Shown here: piece by piece, positions 10,715-23,200 of the stretch
Layout of the letters: each line of letters begins with the position of its first letter
Position numbering within the stretch: the stretch's first letter is position 1
Source of the DNA: Rhizaria sp. SCN 62-66
Lineage: Eukaryota
Length of the DNA: 64,000 bases
Assembly (NCBI GenBank): GCA_001724265.1
Contig: MEDY01000052.1
Coordinates: 1-64,000, forward strand
Reading direction: 5' to 3'
Made by a program: the position numbers and the translations under genes
Notes under the pieces: model-generated
Seen by the model: the letters and a program-made list of their open reading frames with translations, nothing else
Database searches by the model: none
Told to the model about the DNA's origin: nothing

Positions 10715-12625
10715 ATGTCGGAGTACAATGACGATGAAATCAATGCCCTAAAAGAGGTTTGGGAAAAGGAGCAGTATGTGATCGCAGAACGCATCTCTCA
10801 CGTCGACGGCTTCACTGTGGCTGAGGAGGACCTCGCCGCCGCTCTCTCCGCCACGCCTCCCAAGGGCGTGCCGTACCTGCTCGATCCCGCCTTTTTCGAG
10901 TCCGAAGAGTGGCGCGCAATGGTTTGTGCCCCCGTCATTCTCTCCGAGCCTCCGGCGCCTCCGCCCTGTCTCCTGGCAACTGACGACTCTGCCGCTAAAG
11001 AAGCTCCTTGTGGTAGCAGAAGTCCTGACAGCGCAGATTGCCATGATGCTGCACTTAAGTCAAGCGCGACTACCAGGGAGGCCTCTCAGCAGTCTCTTCC
11101 GCGCTTGCGCTATATCGCTGCCACAGACATCAGCTTCATGAAGCAGCGCGACCTCGCCCGCGCCTGCCTCACACCCACTCACAACTCAAACGCTAACAAT
11201 GACTCGAATACAGCTGACACGAACACTGCCGCTGCTGTTGACGGCGATATTGTCGACGGCGATGGAGACGACGCCAATGACGCGAACGCGCCGATCAGTC
11301 GTATTGCGATCGCGTCTCTGGCTGTGCTGTCATTCCCCGATCTCACCGCAGTTTACCAGGACTACGCGATCGTCGACCTCTGCATGCCCTACGTTCCCGG
11401 CTTCCTCACCTTCCGCGAAGTCCCCGCGCTGCTCCCGCTGCTTGACCGCCTCCGCGCGCGCCGCCCCGAGCTCTGGCCGCAGCTGTTGTTGGTTGACGGC
11501 AACGGCGCACTGCACCCGCGAGGCGCCGGCATCGCGGCGCATCTCGGCGTGCTGACCGGGATCCCCACCGTCGGCGTTGCGAAGGAGCTCTATGCCGTCG
11601 ACGGGCTGTGCAGGGAGGGGTTCAAAACCGCCGTGCGCGCCTGCTTTGTGCCAGGTGTTCCGCAGATCGGGCAGTACGCGTTCAGAAACAGCGCCAAACA
11701 CGGTGACAGAAACTGTGACAAACACGGAGGCGACTCCAGTGCTAAGGCTGAAGCGGACGGTGTCGTTGCTGCGGCTGAGTCAGCTGTCGCCGTCGTGGCG
11801 AGGCCTGCGCCGCCGCCCGATAAAGTGAGCGCCGCGTGGCGTCTCGTCCTGCCCGCTGAGTCTCTGCTCACAGTAACTGCGAAGCCCGCAGTCGATGACA
11901 CCGATGCAGAGTCATCCAGCGCTCGCTCCGCCTTGGCGCCCGCTGCAGCTGTGAAGTCGCCGTGCCGCTTCTTCCCCTTAGTGGGCAGCTCCGGCCGCTG
12001 CTTCGGCGCGGCGACATTGCTGGGCCCTTCCGCCGCCACTGCAGTTGCCGCTAAGGCCAAGTCCTGTGCGCGTGCGATCAACAAGCAGAAGCGCGCTGCG
12101 GCGGCGAAACTGCTGCGAAAGCAACAGAGAGAGCGCCACCAGCGCCGGCAGAGCACTGAGGCGAAGCGCAGTGCACACGCGAGCGCGGATGATAGCGTTA
12201 GCGATACCAGCAGCGACGATGGCAGCAACAATGACGACACTGCGAACAAAGCTGCTTGCTGTGGTCACGAAGACGATCGTGACAGCTCGGCTGCGACTGC
12301 ACTACGTGCCGACGCTTCTGGCTCCGTTGCTGAAGCGACGCCTGTCGCTGACGTGGCGGCGTTGGCGGCGGCCGCAGCAGAAGCCAGCGTGCGCCGCGCC
12401 GCGCTCGTGAGCGTCGGTCACCGCGTTTCACTGGCGACCGCGGTGGCGATTGTCGTTGCGGTCGCACCGTGGCGCATTCCGGAGCCGCTGCGCGCGGCGG
12501 ACTTGGGGTCGCGCGAAGTTGTGCGCCGCTGGCTTGCTGCTAGGGCTGCGCTTGTGAAGGAAGCCGCTTGTGCTGACGCTGCGTCTGTGAAGTCTGGGAA
12601 AACTCGTAAAGATAAACAAAAGTGA
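10715..12625 (+). CDS. ENDOV: Endonuclease V (inosine-specific nuclease) with large insertions
   Basis: [70 protein letters not shown]. Ends TGA. Confidence 0.92.
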   Translation: MSEYNDDEINALKEVWEKEQYVIAERISHVDGFTVAEEDLAAALSATPPKGVPYLLDPAFFESEEWRAMVCAPVILSEPPAPPPCLLATDDSAAKEAPCGSRSPDSADCHDAALKSSATTREASQQSLPRLRYIAATDISFMKQRDLARACLTPTHNSNANNDSNTADTNTAAAVDGDIVDGDGDDANDANAPISRIAIASLAVLSFPDLTAVYQDYAIVDLCMPYVPGFLTFREVPALLPLLDRLRARRPELWPQLLLVDGNGALHPRGAGIAAHLGVLTGIPTVGVAKELYAVDGLCREGFKTAVRACFVPGVPQIGQYAFRNSAKHGDRNCDKHGGDSSAKAEADGVVAAAESAVAVVARPAPPPDKVSAAWRLVLPAESLLTVTAKPAVDDTDAESSSARSALAPAAAVKSPCRFFPLVGSSGRCFGAATLLGPSAATAVAAKAKSCARAINKQKRAAAAKLLRKQQRERHQRRQSTEAKRSAHASADDSVSDTSSDDGSNNDDTANKAACCGHEDDRDSSAATALRADASGSVAEATPVADVAALAAAAAEASVRRAALVSVGHRVSLATAVAIVVAVAPWRIPEPLRAADLGSREVVRRWLAARAALVKEAACADAASVKSGKTRKDKQK

Positions 12626-12853
12626 TTGCATGGTATCGTAAGCTACATGACATCTAAATAAGTTTAAGAACAACAATCTGAGTTGTATTAATAATGCTCT
12701 TGATCAAATCAAAAGGTATCCGATACTATAGTAAAACGTAAACTACATAGCAAACAATAAAGTCTTCAATTCATACCAACTTATTCTATCCAAAATGTAC
12801 TGTCAAGCAAAGCATTGAATCTGTGATTGAACAAACGAGCAACGGAGTTGCAC

Positions 12854-15800
12854 TCACATGACGATGCAAGCGCCACCCTTGCCGTTATCAGTGCACGCAG
12901 CGCCGTTGTCTCCGTCGCCGTCACTGTCAGCACTGCTGTCCCAGTCATCATCATCCTCGTCGTCTTCGTCATCGCCGTAACCGTCGTCGCCGCTCCCGTC
13001 GTCTTCGTCCCCACGCAACCGGCTCCGACTGCGGCTGCGGCTGCGCGCGCGCGCACTGCTGCCGCGCGCGCCACGCCGACCCCTACGCCTGCCGCCGCCA
13101 GTGCAAAATCCGTCGTCCTCGTCTTCCGCCGCTCCCGCGCCCGCGGTGCCACCGCTCGCCCCGCTGTCGCCGGACGAGAAAAGCCCGCACGTGAATCGCG
13201 TGCTGGCGCGCGCACGCGAGCGCTCGCGGCGGCGCGCGAGGCGCTCCTGCACGAAATCGCGGCCGGTGGCCTCCTCGGTCGCGTCGATCACGCGGGCCCG
13301 CACCACGGAGCGCAGTTGGCGCCGCGTCAACTGCGCGCCTGAGCCTGAGTACCCGAACGACTTGTTGCGGAGATCAGCGTCAGCGCCGCCGTCGTACGCA
13401 CCGCCGCCGCTGCCATTGCTGTTGATGCCGGCGTCCGTGAGTGCGCGGTCGCAGACTGTGGGCGCGAGGGCGTGCGTGAGCCGGTGGACGAGCTCGCGCC
13501 AGTCAATATCGCTCAGAACGCGGGGACTCACCTCGACGCCAGCGACGAACAGCGCGCCCACAGTCAGTCGCCCCGAGTCGTCGTCGTCGTCTTTAGCGCC
13601 CTGTTGTTGCTGCTCACGGTCATCCGGAGACTGTAAGCCGCTCTGCCCGGCTGCGGCCGCGGCGGCGGCGGCTGCAGCGGCGGCTGAGGCCAGTGGCGCG
13701 GAAGCAAACGAGCCTCGACGCGAACCCGGCGCAGCAGCGGCCGCGAGCGCGCGTGTCTCGGGACTAACGAGCTTCCCGTCCGTATCCAGCGCGCGCGCCG
13801 CCCGGAGCACTGCGACCGCGTCAACGACGCCCGCGCCCGCCGCGGCGTCACCCCCGCGCCGCGCGCGCGCACGTCGCGCCGCCGCGGACCCGTCTCCTGC
13901 ACCGGCAGCCGCGGCGCGCTCTGAGGCGCGCCACTCGCGGACCGTGCCGCCGCGGGACAAATGATGCATGAGGTCCAGCACGGTGTGGCCAACAAGGGAG
14001 CGGCGCGCGGACAGGGCGCGCGCCACGAGCACCGCCGCGGCGCCGCGCACGCGCTCGCCCACAGCAGCCGCGGCCGCGGACTCGTTACTTGACGCGCCAC
14101 CTGAGCCCGCAGAACCAGCACCAGCGGCGGCGCTTGCAGCGGAGTGTGCGCCGGATACCGCGGGCCGTTGTGGCGCAGCGCGGAGCAGCTCGTCGACGTG
14201 AGCACCAATGCACGCGACTGCGAGCTCGGCCTGCGGGCACAGCAGCACGTTCGCGCGGTCGGGCTCGTGCGCCACAGTGAAAAACAGCACTGGGTCGACC
14301 GACGCGTTCGCTGCTGCGGCCGCCGAGGCAGCGGCAGAGGCCGCAGCGACGGCGGACGCGTTGTCTTTGCTGTCTTTGCCGTCCTTGCCGCGTCCAGCCT
14401 GCAGCCTCTGCTGTTGCTGTTGCAGCAGCATGCGTTTGTCAAGCTGCAACCTGTCGAACACGGCGCCAGAGCCTCCAAGCACCTCCGCCTTGTCCATGTC
14501 GTGGTACCACACGTGGCCGACGGGGACGCCGGACCACGGCGCCAGGAAGGTCACGCCCACAGTGCGGTGCAGAATCACGTGCAGATACCCGTCGTGCGAC
14601 AACAGCCGGTACGCCGCGCTCCGGTGCGTTTCCTCGAGGAGGTAGCGCAGGTACTGGCGCACTGCACGCGCGCCGTCGCCGGGGTGGGCCACGCGCGCGG
14701 GGCGGGCAGTCGCGGCCTGCGGTTGCGGGATCGGAACAGCAGCAACAGTGGCAGCGGCGGCATCGCTCGCACGGGAGCGAGAGCGAGAGCTTGACGAGGG
14801 CAGGTGAGCTTTGATAGCAGAGTCAGCCTCATCGTCGTCGTCTTCGTCGACATCGTTGTTCTGGGCAGCAACGCTGCCGTCCTTGGCCTCTTGGAACGCT
14901 GCCGCAGCGCTTGTGCTCGTCTTCGCTTTGACCTTAGCGAACTCACCATTGTGCTCATCGTCGTCATCGTCGTCGTCATCATCATCATCGTCTTCGTTGT
15001 TGTTCTCGTGATTAGGTGCATTATCGCGTCCTTGCCTGGCCGCCACGCCGCCAGCGCCGGCCTCCGCAGCGCCCACCATCCCCGCAAAGCGTGCCCCAAT
15101 GGCCCCGCCCATGCCGCGCTTCGGCTGCTTAAACCGCGGCAGCCTGACATCTCCAGGGTCGACTCCTAACCGCTCAGCCTCGAGCCGCAGCTTGAGCTCA
15201 TCCTCGTGCTCAGCCGCGCGGCGCACGCGCCGGCACACAAACACCTTCGGCCGGTCGCACCGCAGCACGGCCAGCGCGCTCAGCGCCGGGGCGCCAGCGG
15301 GCGCTGCGTCGATGGAACACGACGCGCCCGCTGCTGTAGGCGACAACACCGCAGTGGGCGACAACGACGCCGCTACTACCGTGGCCGCTGCGGCTGCGGT
15401 GGCGAGGCGCGCAGCCGCGGCGGGCGACGGCGCGATTCGCGCGATCGCCTCGGCCCCGCCGGTGAACCAAGGCGGCAGAGTCGCGCAGCCCAGCGCGGCC
15501 GTGGCGGCGACGGCGGCGGGCACGAGTGCAAGCGGCGCCTCAAGCCGTGCGCGCGCGGCGGGCGAGATCACGTGGTCAAAGATGAAGTCCGCGACAGTGT
15601 CGAGTGCGGCGGGCGGGCGCAGGTCGTTGTGCGCGCCCTCCATCAACACGTGGTACTTAGGCGCGCCCAGTGCCGTGGCGGCGGCGGAGAGGATAACAAA
15701 GCCGGCGTCGCGGGCCTCCACGCGCGCGCCGGGGCGGGCACGGAGGAAAGCGGCGACATCAACGCCACCGCCTGTCGACGTGAACAGAGAAGCCAGTGCG

Positions 15801-17532
15801 GACTCGATGTCCGTGCTCTTTCGGCGCTCGCCCTCGTCGCCGCTGCTGTTGCTGCTGTTGTTGTCCGTGGCGGCGGTGGTTGCGGTGAGCAGAGGCGTGG
15901 CGCGGAGGGGCGCGCCCCACTGCAGCGGTGACGGCGGCTGCAACAGCGACGGCGACGGGGGCTCGCCGCCCGGCAACGGAGACTGCGACTGTGAGGGGGA
16001 CGGAGACGGATTCTGCTGCTGTTGCATCGATGCTGCTGACGCGGTTGAAGGAAACGGCAGCGGGGCAGCAACGTCGGCGGCCTCCGCATGTGCATCAGCG
16101 TCGGCGTCAGAGCCGTCCCCAGCACCCGTCGCGGTAGTCTTAGTTTGCAGCCCAAGCCGCCTGCCGTTGCTTCCACTTACAACACGGCCAGTGCGATCAA
16201 GATCATCACCATTGTCGTCGTCTTCGTTGTCGTCGTCGAACACGCGCGCGCGCTCGCGCCGCCGCCGCTGCTGCCGCTCCAGCCTGCGCTGCTGTGCCGA
16301 ATCTCCTGCCCCAGCCCCAGTCTGTAACTCTAGCTCTGCAGTCGAGGTGCTCTCGGTGCCAGGGTCAGTTTGCGACCACGAGGGCCCGATGGCCGGCGCA
16401 GGATGGCCGCGCGGGGCCGGCTCGGAGCCGTAAGCGTCAAACAGCGCAATCGACTGCGCGGGCGGCACAAAATCATCGCCCAGACCGTGGAGAAACAGCG
16501 CGGGCACCTCACCGCACAGCGCGGCGGCGGACAGCGCTTCGAAGAGCTTGATGTCAAAGCCGGGGACGCGGTCCAAGATCGCGGCGCGCACAAATGAGAG
16601 GCCAGCGGAGGCAGCGGCGTGTGTCAATAGCTTCGGCGCGCTTGAGAACTGGCGACCTAAGAGAGAATAGCAAAACGAAGACAACGAAGATTGGCCAGAG
16701 TTGGGTGAAATTTTGATAGAAGGCAATACAGAAAGCGAACTCACTCAAGCGCCCTCTTAGAGGGACTGTAGGAAGAGCGGGGCCGGAGATATTAAGCGAA
16801 TATGCTCGACGTACTGACGATGTGTTGCGCGAGCGACCACAGCTGCGCAAACGGCGAGTCCAAGATGAGTCCAGTGAGCGGCACATCACCAAACCGCGCT
16901 CTCCTCTCAGCCAGCCCCAGCACAGCCCAGCGAGCGGCACAGCGCAGCGCGGCGACAGCGCCCATAGACCGCCCCCATAGCGCGACCGAGGCGACGCGCG
17001 CGGCGTGCGTGCGGGCCAGGTAGCGCCAGACGGCCTCGAGGTCGCCCGGTTCGCGGAAACCGAGTGAAGAGTAGTCGCCACCGGAGTGGCCGCACGCGCT
17101 GAAGTCCAAGGCAACGACACCGCACTCGTAGCGCAAAAGCAGCCCCACGGCGTCGATCAGAGCGTCGGCGCGGCAAGACGCGTTGCCGTGCGCGTATAAC
17201 ACAACGGGGAAACGAGCGTCTTGAGACGGCGCTGAATTGGCTGCTCCATCAACCGCGGGGGGGTCTGTTGGATCGGAGCCGGTCGCGGCTGCGGTGGCCG
17301 TAGCTGCAAAAACCGTGGCAGAGACGCGCGTGGGGAGGGGTGAGAAGAAACTCGCCTGGATCGCGTGTCCGCGCTCATTGAGCACGACGAAGTCTTCGCG
17401 TTGGAACTCCAACCGACGCGGAGCCGTTGACGCTGTGCCGGGCCGCCAGAGCGCGAAGCGCGCGGGGCCTAAGTCGCTGATGTGGTAGTCCGCGCGTGGC
17501 TGTTTCACAAACAGCGACGCGAGGAAGTCCAT
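12854..17532 (-). CDS. Alpha/beta hydrolase (serine aminopeptidase S33/YqkD-like) with long low-complexity C-terminal region, 2 exons
   Basis: Exons 17532-16815 and 16656-12854 (phase-1 intron GTACGT..TAG). YAHGNASCR, DFSACGHSGG, WGRSMGA nucleophile elbow, LDSPF, LHGLGDDFV, EGAHND. Ends GGACIVM-TGA (CaaX-like). Confidence 0.85.
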
Positions 17533-18062
17533 CGCGCTGAAGCTCGGTGAGGAGTAAGAGCAAGCCAGTGAGGCAGAGCCAGAGAGGGAGAAAGGAGAAC
17601 GAGTAGAGGGAGCTCTATAGGGTGTGAACAACACATAGGAAAGGTTTAAAGACATTTAATTGAGGAAGCTTAGTCTAAAAAGTGAAAATTGTCGATGAAG
17701 CTTAGTGTTGTTGTCATTGACGGACTATAGAGGTCATGGCAGATCTACAAAATATCTCCCAGTCGACAAGTGTGGCCCACGGTCAGCCAAACCGGGTTTG
17801 TGGTGCGAAGCGCGAGCACATTCAAGCAAGTCATATCCTCGCTGCCACAGTTGTTAGTTTAACATCTCCTGGTAACATACTTATTTCTTTTGGTGTTTCT
17901 ACTATTATTTAATTTTGGATCTCCTCCAGATCCTATCTATCTTGCCCTTCGTTCGCCACAAGTTTGCTCACTTTTCCCTCATCGTTGCTGTGTCCGTCTT
18001 CTCGCTGTTTGCCTTTCTTTGAACATTTTTGGCATCTCCTTGTTTTCTCGCCTCTAGCAACG
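17533..18062. promoter_or_regulatory. Short divergent intergenic spacer (putative bidirectional promoter); similar head-to-head spacers at 10225-10714, 49998-50429 and 57080-57647
   Basis: Positional inference only: head-to-head gene pairs with starts about 430-570 nt apart. No specific motif identified. Confidence 0.4.
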
Positions 18063-19733
18063 ATGTCTGACTGGGCTGATCTCACTAAGGACTCCACTCT
18101 TGCCGATGTCAAGGCCAAGCCCGCTGCGCCCGACACCGCTGCGCCTGCTGCTGCTGCTGCTGCGCCTGCTGCCACCGCCGCTCCCGCCGCCGCGCCTGCC
18201 GCTGCCGCTGAGCCCGCTGCCGCTGACACCGGCGCCGCCTCCCCTGATGCCGACGCTGACGCCGGCGCGGGCGAGACCGCAGACACGGAGACCGTCCTGA
18301 AGAACGAGAAGAAGGACGCTGAGGAGGAGATCGACGAAGCCGAGGAAGACAAGGGCTCCAACCTCAAGGGCGGCAAGATCTCCGTCGACGGCTCTATCTT
18401 CGAGTCCAAGACGTCTTTCGACGACCTGATCCAGAACAAGCAGCTTCTGAGCAACATCCGTGCCATGAACTTCGTCACCCCGTCTTCGATCCAGGCCGCG
18501 TCGCTGCCCGAGATCTTCGCCAAGCGCAACCTCATCGCGCAGGCCCACCACGGCTCCGGTAAGACTCTCTCGTTCGCGCTCGGCATGATCTCCGCCGTCA
18601 ACCCCAAGGTCGCGGTGCCCCAAGCCATCTGTCTGTCCAACACGCGCGAACTCGCGCTGCAGATCGCCGCTGTCGTGTTCCACCTCTCCAAGGACATGGG
18701 CGTCACTCTTTACGCCGCCGTGCGTGGCGTCGCTCCCGTCAAGATCACCCAGCACATTGTCGTCGGCACCCCGGGTACCGTATTCGGCCGCATCGAGAAG
18801 AATCTTCTTGACGCCTCCACGGTCCGCGTCCTCGCCTTCGATGAGGCCGATGCGCTGCTCGCTGACTTCGAGGACGCCGGCGCTTCCTCTGCGCCCGCGG
18901 CCCGCGGCGGCCGCGGCGGCGCCCGTGGCGGCCGCGGCGGCGCGCGCGGCGGCTCGCACATGAGCGCATCTCTCTCGCGCCAGTGCATTGATGTCCGCAA
19001 GTGGTGCAAGAACGCGCAGATCCTGCTGTTTTCGGCCACTTTCTCCCCGCGTGTCCGCGAGTTCTGCACCACCGTTGCGCAGAACGCACGTCAGATCACT
19101 GTCGAGCGCGAGAAGCTGACGCTGCCGACGATCAAGCAGTACACGATCCACTGCCCCAACGAGGCGGAGAAGGAGCGCCGTTTCCATGCGCTGTTCAAGA
19201 CGCTCGCGGGCTACAAGCAGTGCATCATCTTCTGCAACTCTGTCATGGGTGTCAAGAAGCTGTTCAACTCACTGACGTCCGCCGGTATCGCTGTGTCGTG
19301 CATCCATTCGCGCATGACCGAGTCGGAGCGCGATGTTGCTGCTAAGGACTTCAAGCAGGGCAAGACCAAGGTGCTTGTAGGCACCAACATCATCGCGCGT
19401 GGTTTCGACTCCTCCGAGGTCGATCTCGTCGTTAACTACGACGTCCCTCTCCAGCACCGCCGCAACACCCCCGACGCGGACACGTACATCCACCGTATCA
19501 ACCGTGCCGGCCGCTTCGGACGCCGCGGTGTCGCGATCAACATCACCCACGACGACATCACCCGCAATGCGCTGGTGGCGATCGAGACCGAGTTCAAGCA
19601 CAAGACCGAGGTGATTGACCGCGCGGAGAACGAGAAGAGTTGGGAGCTTGCGTCCGATGTGCTCGGCGCCGCGCTTGCCGGCGAGGAGCTCGACGATGAC
19701 CTTGCGCAGGCGCTTAAGAAGCTCGCCGTCTAA
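18063..19733 (+). CDS. DDX19: DEAD-box RNA helicase DDX19/Dbp5 (mRNA export)
   Basis: PSSIQAASLP, NLIAQAHHGSGKT, TRELA, GTPG, DEAD, FSAT, ARGFD, VVNYDVP, YIHRINRAGRFGRRG. Ends TAA. Confidence 0.85.
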   Translation: MSDWADLTKDSTLADVKAKPAAPDTAAPAAAAAAPAATAAPAAAPAAAAEPAAADTGAASPDADADAGAGETADTETVLKNEKKDAEEEIDEAEEDKGSNLKGGKISVDGSIFESKTSFDDLIQNKQLLSNIRAMNFVTPSSIQAASLPEIFAKRNLIAQAHHGSGKTLSFALGMISAVNPKVAVPQAICLSNTRELALQIAAVVFHLSKDMGVTLYAAVRGVAPVKITQHIVVGTPGTVFGRIEKNLLDASTVRVLAFDEADALLADFEDAGASSAPAARGGRGGARGGRGGARGGSHMSASLSRQCIDVRKWCKNAQILLFSATFSPRVREFCTTVAQNARQITVEREKLTLPTIKQYTIHCPNEAEKERRFHALFKTLAGYKQCIIFCNSVMGVKKLFNSLTSAGIAVSCIHSRMTESERDVAAKDFKQGKTKVLVGTNIIARGFDSSEVDLVVNYDVPLQHRRNTPDADTYIHRINRAGRFGRRGVAINITHDDITRNALVAIETEFKHKTEVIDRAENEKSWELASDVLGAALAGEELDDDLAQALKKLAV

Positions 19734-20232
19734 GTGCCTCACAGTCGAAGTGCCTCTTCGTACCTCGCTGAAAGGTTTAAGAAGATAAGAAGCTTTTTTT
19801 TCCGTGCGGCGTGCGAGTGAGTAACTCGCAGATATTTTGTGAAATCTGTGGAACAGTCAAACAAAAAACATTTTTAAACGTGGCAACGATGCCACTTCTC
19901 TCTCTTCATAATATGTAGCAAAACTATTCGAAATTTTCGACAATACTAATACAAAATACTTTCTTTCTGAAATACTGTCGAGAAATGTAACCAACTTGTT
20001 CCCGTGCTAATGTGTGATCTGTTTAAGGCACGTACGTGTAAGTACGCTCGGGTTTGATTTGTGAAATTAAAAGTGTATTTAGCTTTGTATAAGGCTTTAA
20101 ACTCATTTAAAGGCTTTGACGTAAAAATATAACTTCTAATAAATCGTGCAAGTATTGATTAAGTCATCCTTAACTACATACTGAAACTAAATATCTTAAG
20201 TGCGCTCAATGTGTCACGCTTTGCAAGAAAGT

Positions 20233-23200
20233 TTACAAGCGTGCATAGACGAGCATGTATGCCTGGTCGCGGAACACCTCGTCCGCGGTCACCGCACGCA
20301 CGCGCGCGTCGTCACAGTGCCACCACTGCAGTTCACTTGCAGCCCAGCCCTCCTCCGCCTCCGCCGCAGCATCCACAACACACTGCGTCTGCGTCTGCGC
20401 CTGCGTTTGCGCCTGCAACGGCTGGGACTGAGACTGAGACTGAGATTGTGGCTGGGGACGGGGCCGGCGCGAGAGCGTGTAAGACGTGTAATGGCCGCTG
20501 TTAATGCGCGCGCCTTTGTGCGTAACAACGCCCACAAGCGCAAAGTACTCCGCGTCTTCGCTCACGACGCCACTTGCACTCGCGCTCGCACTTGCACCCG
20601 CACTTGCGCGCTTGGCAGCATTTCCAGAAGAGTTCTTCGTGTTGTGCAGCGCGCGAATGGTAGAGTCAAGCGCAGCGGGCGCCACGCCCATCGCAGCAGC
20701 CAGCGCATCATGTAGCCTAAACCGGGCCGACGACGGGCCGCAGACCGCGCTCACAATGCCAGTAGCAGCAGCAGCGCCAGCCTTACTTGACTTGTTGTGG
20801 CCGCCGTGGTTCTTGACTGCAGCTATGGCAGCCGCGTTGCTACTGTTGTTGTTAGCTGTGGGTCTAGCGCCGTCATCGTGTCCGTAGATGCAAGCACGCT
20901 CCCACTCGGCCGCAGCGGCCTCCGGTGACGCCGCCGCGGCCGCCAGCGCGCGCGCCCCGACCCGCAACAGCGGCGGAAACACCACAGCGCGCTGGTCCTT
21001 GGTCACGACGACGGAGAAATTCCCGCGCGCGTCACGCTTCATCTCAGCGCCGAACCGCTGCAGCTGGAGCGCGAACACGGGCGGCAGCGGCGCCTGCAGA
21101 GCGCTGAACTGGAGCGCGGGCACGGCGGGCGCGCCGGCGGACGGGCGGTAGTCCGTGATGGGCACGCGCGCGCTGTAGGCGCCGAATAACGCGCTCAGCG
21201 GCACAGCACTGACGCTCGCACCCGCACTCGCGCTTGCAGTCGTGTTCGCGCCAGTCGCGCTCGAGCTAGCGTCAGGTGCCGGCATTTGTCCCGATGACTG
21301 CGACGATGCGTTTGCCGCGGTAGACTGCGGCGGCATGGGGAGTGTCAGAGTCATATAGGGCTGCACATCGACAGCATCAGGCGCGCCACGGCGGCGGAAG
21401 TTCAGCCGCGTGTGTGCCGCCACAGCCGCGGTCACAGGTGAGGGGGCGCCGTAGTCGAACTTGGACCGCACAACTGAGCCTTCGCCTCCACCCAGCGCCA
21501 GCGCCGCCGCAGTCATCGCAGCCTCACTGTTGTTGTTAATACTGTTGTTGATGTTGTTGCTTTTGTTGCCGCCGCGCTTGCCGGAGCCCGCGGTGGCCCA
21601 ACCGACTTCGTCGTCGTCCGCGACAACGCCGAGCAGCGCGCCCGGCTTCCCGCCGCTGCTTTGCCCACCGTCTACGCTGTCGCTGCCGTCGTCGCCGTCA
21701 GCGGCGGCGGGCAGAGCGGGGTGGTCGCGAGGCAACAAGAACAGGTCCAGCGACGAGCCCGCGGCAGCGGCGGCGGCGGCAGCGGCGGCGGAAACTGACG
21801 CGGCGGTCGCGCGCGCTGGCAGCCGCAGAGTCGCGCGGGCACTGGCCAGCACAACGTGCTGTGCAGGAGTGACAGAACTCGCCTCAGTCTTGTTGGCAGC
21901 ATCTGTCGTAGCCTCAACCTTAGAGTCAGCGCCCGCGCCGGGCTCAGTGCTACTCTCGCCGTCGCCCCCCTCAACTGCAGTAGCGGCAGCGGCGGCAGCG
22001 GTGGCGGTCGCGGCGGTCTCGCGGCCCCAGATGTCCGCCAATAACGCGGCGTACGTGGCGGCCGCAGTGCGCACACGCTCCGCCGGAGTCTGCTCAGCCA
22101 TCGCCTTTGATTCAGTCGTAACCTTTGATTCAGTCGTAGCCTCTGTGTCAGTTGCAGTTTTAGGCGCCGCAGCCGCAGTCGCTGGCACAGTGGGCACAGT
22201 GGGCTTGGTCACTGCGGGCTTTGATGTCGCAGAAACCGCGGTGGCGAACGACGCAGAGGGCTTCATGGGTCGGACATCAGGCTTAGACTCTGCCTTCGAC
22301 TCTGATGCCTTCGCGTCAGCAGTGGACCTCTTTGCCTCAGTCTCGGACTGATGTCTGACGACAAGCTTGACGTCGGGCTTGACAGGTGACTTGCTCGCAG
22401 TCGTAGCCGCATTGCCCTTGCTCTGACTCGCCCCAGGATTAGGGCTCGCGTTAGTGGGATTGATGTTACTAGCCTTGCCCTCGCCTTTGCCCTTAGCACC
22501 ACCAGCAGCATTCTTGTCATTGTCGGCGCTGTTCTTGTTGTAAATCGCGCTCTTGCTGCTCGCCGCAGCCTCGGGCCCCGCAGTCTCAGTCTCCGGCGCA
22601 GCCGTAGCCGCAGCTGCAGTCTCGTCCTCAGTCTCAGGCACCGCCTCCGTCTCAGCCTTGTCAGCCTTAAGCGCAGGCGCAGGCGCAGGTGGAGGCAGCG
22701 CGGCCCTCTGGCGCAACGCAAGGTCCACCGCCGCGCTCCACCGCGCCGCACCGGCCCAGGCGCCGTGCAGCGCGGCCAGCAGCAGGGTCGCGGCTTCGGC
22801 GGCGTCCTGTTGCTCGGAGACGGCAGCGCCGCCGCCGATCATACGCAGCAGAGACGGCAGCCGCGGGGTGACGACCGAGGCGGGTGTTGCGACCGCCGTC
22901 GATGTCACAGCCGCCGACACGCCGGCCACCGTCGCAGTCTCAGTCCCAGTCGTTGCGGCGTGCGTGGTGGTAGAGTTGGCGCTTGCGTCGGCGCTCGCGA
23001 TGCTTTTGCTGCCACCAGCAATCGCTGCAAGATACGACTGAGGCGGCGCGTGTGAGACCGCAGTGTCCTCAGCGACCACGGAAGCGGTGCAACGGCCAGA
23101 AACAGCAGGACCTGCAGTGGCGTCGCCGGCAGCGCCGCTATGGCTGTGAAGCGGGGCCGGGGCGGGGATTCTCGGCGTGATCGCGAGCGCAGGCGTCGCG

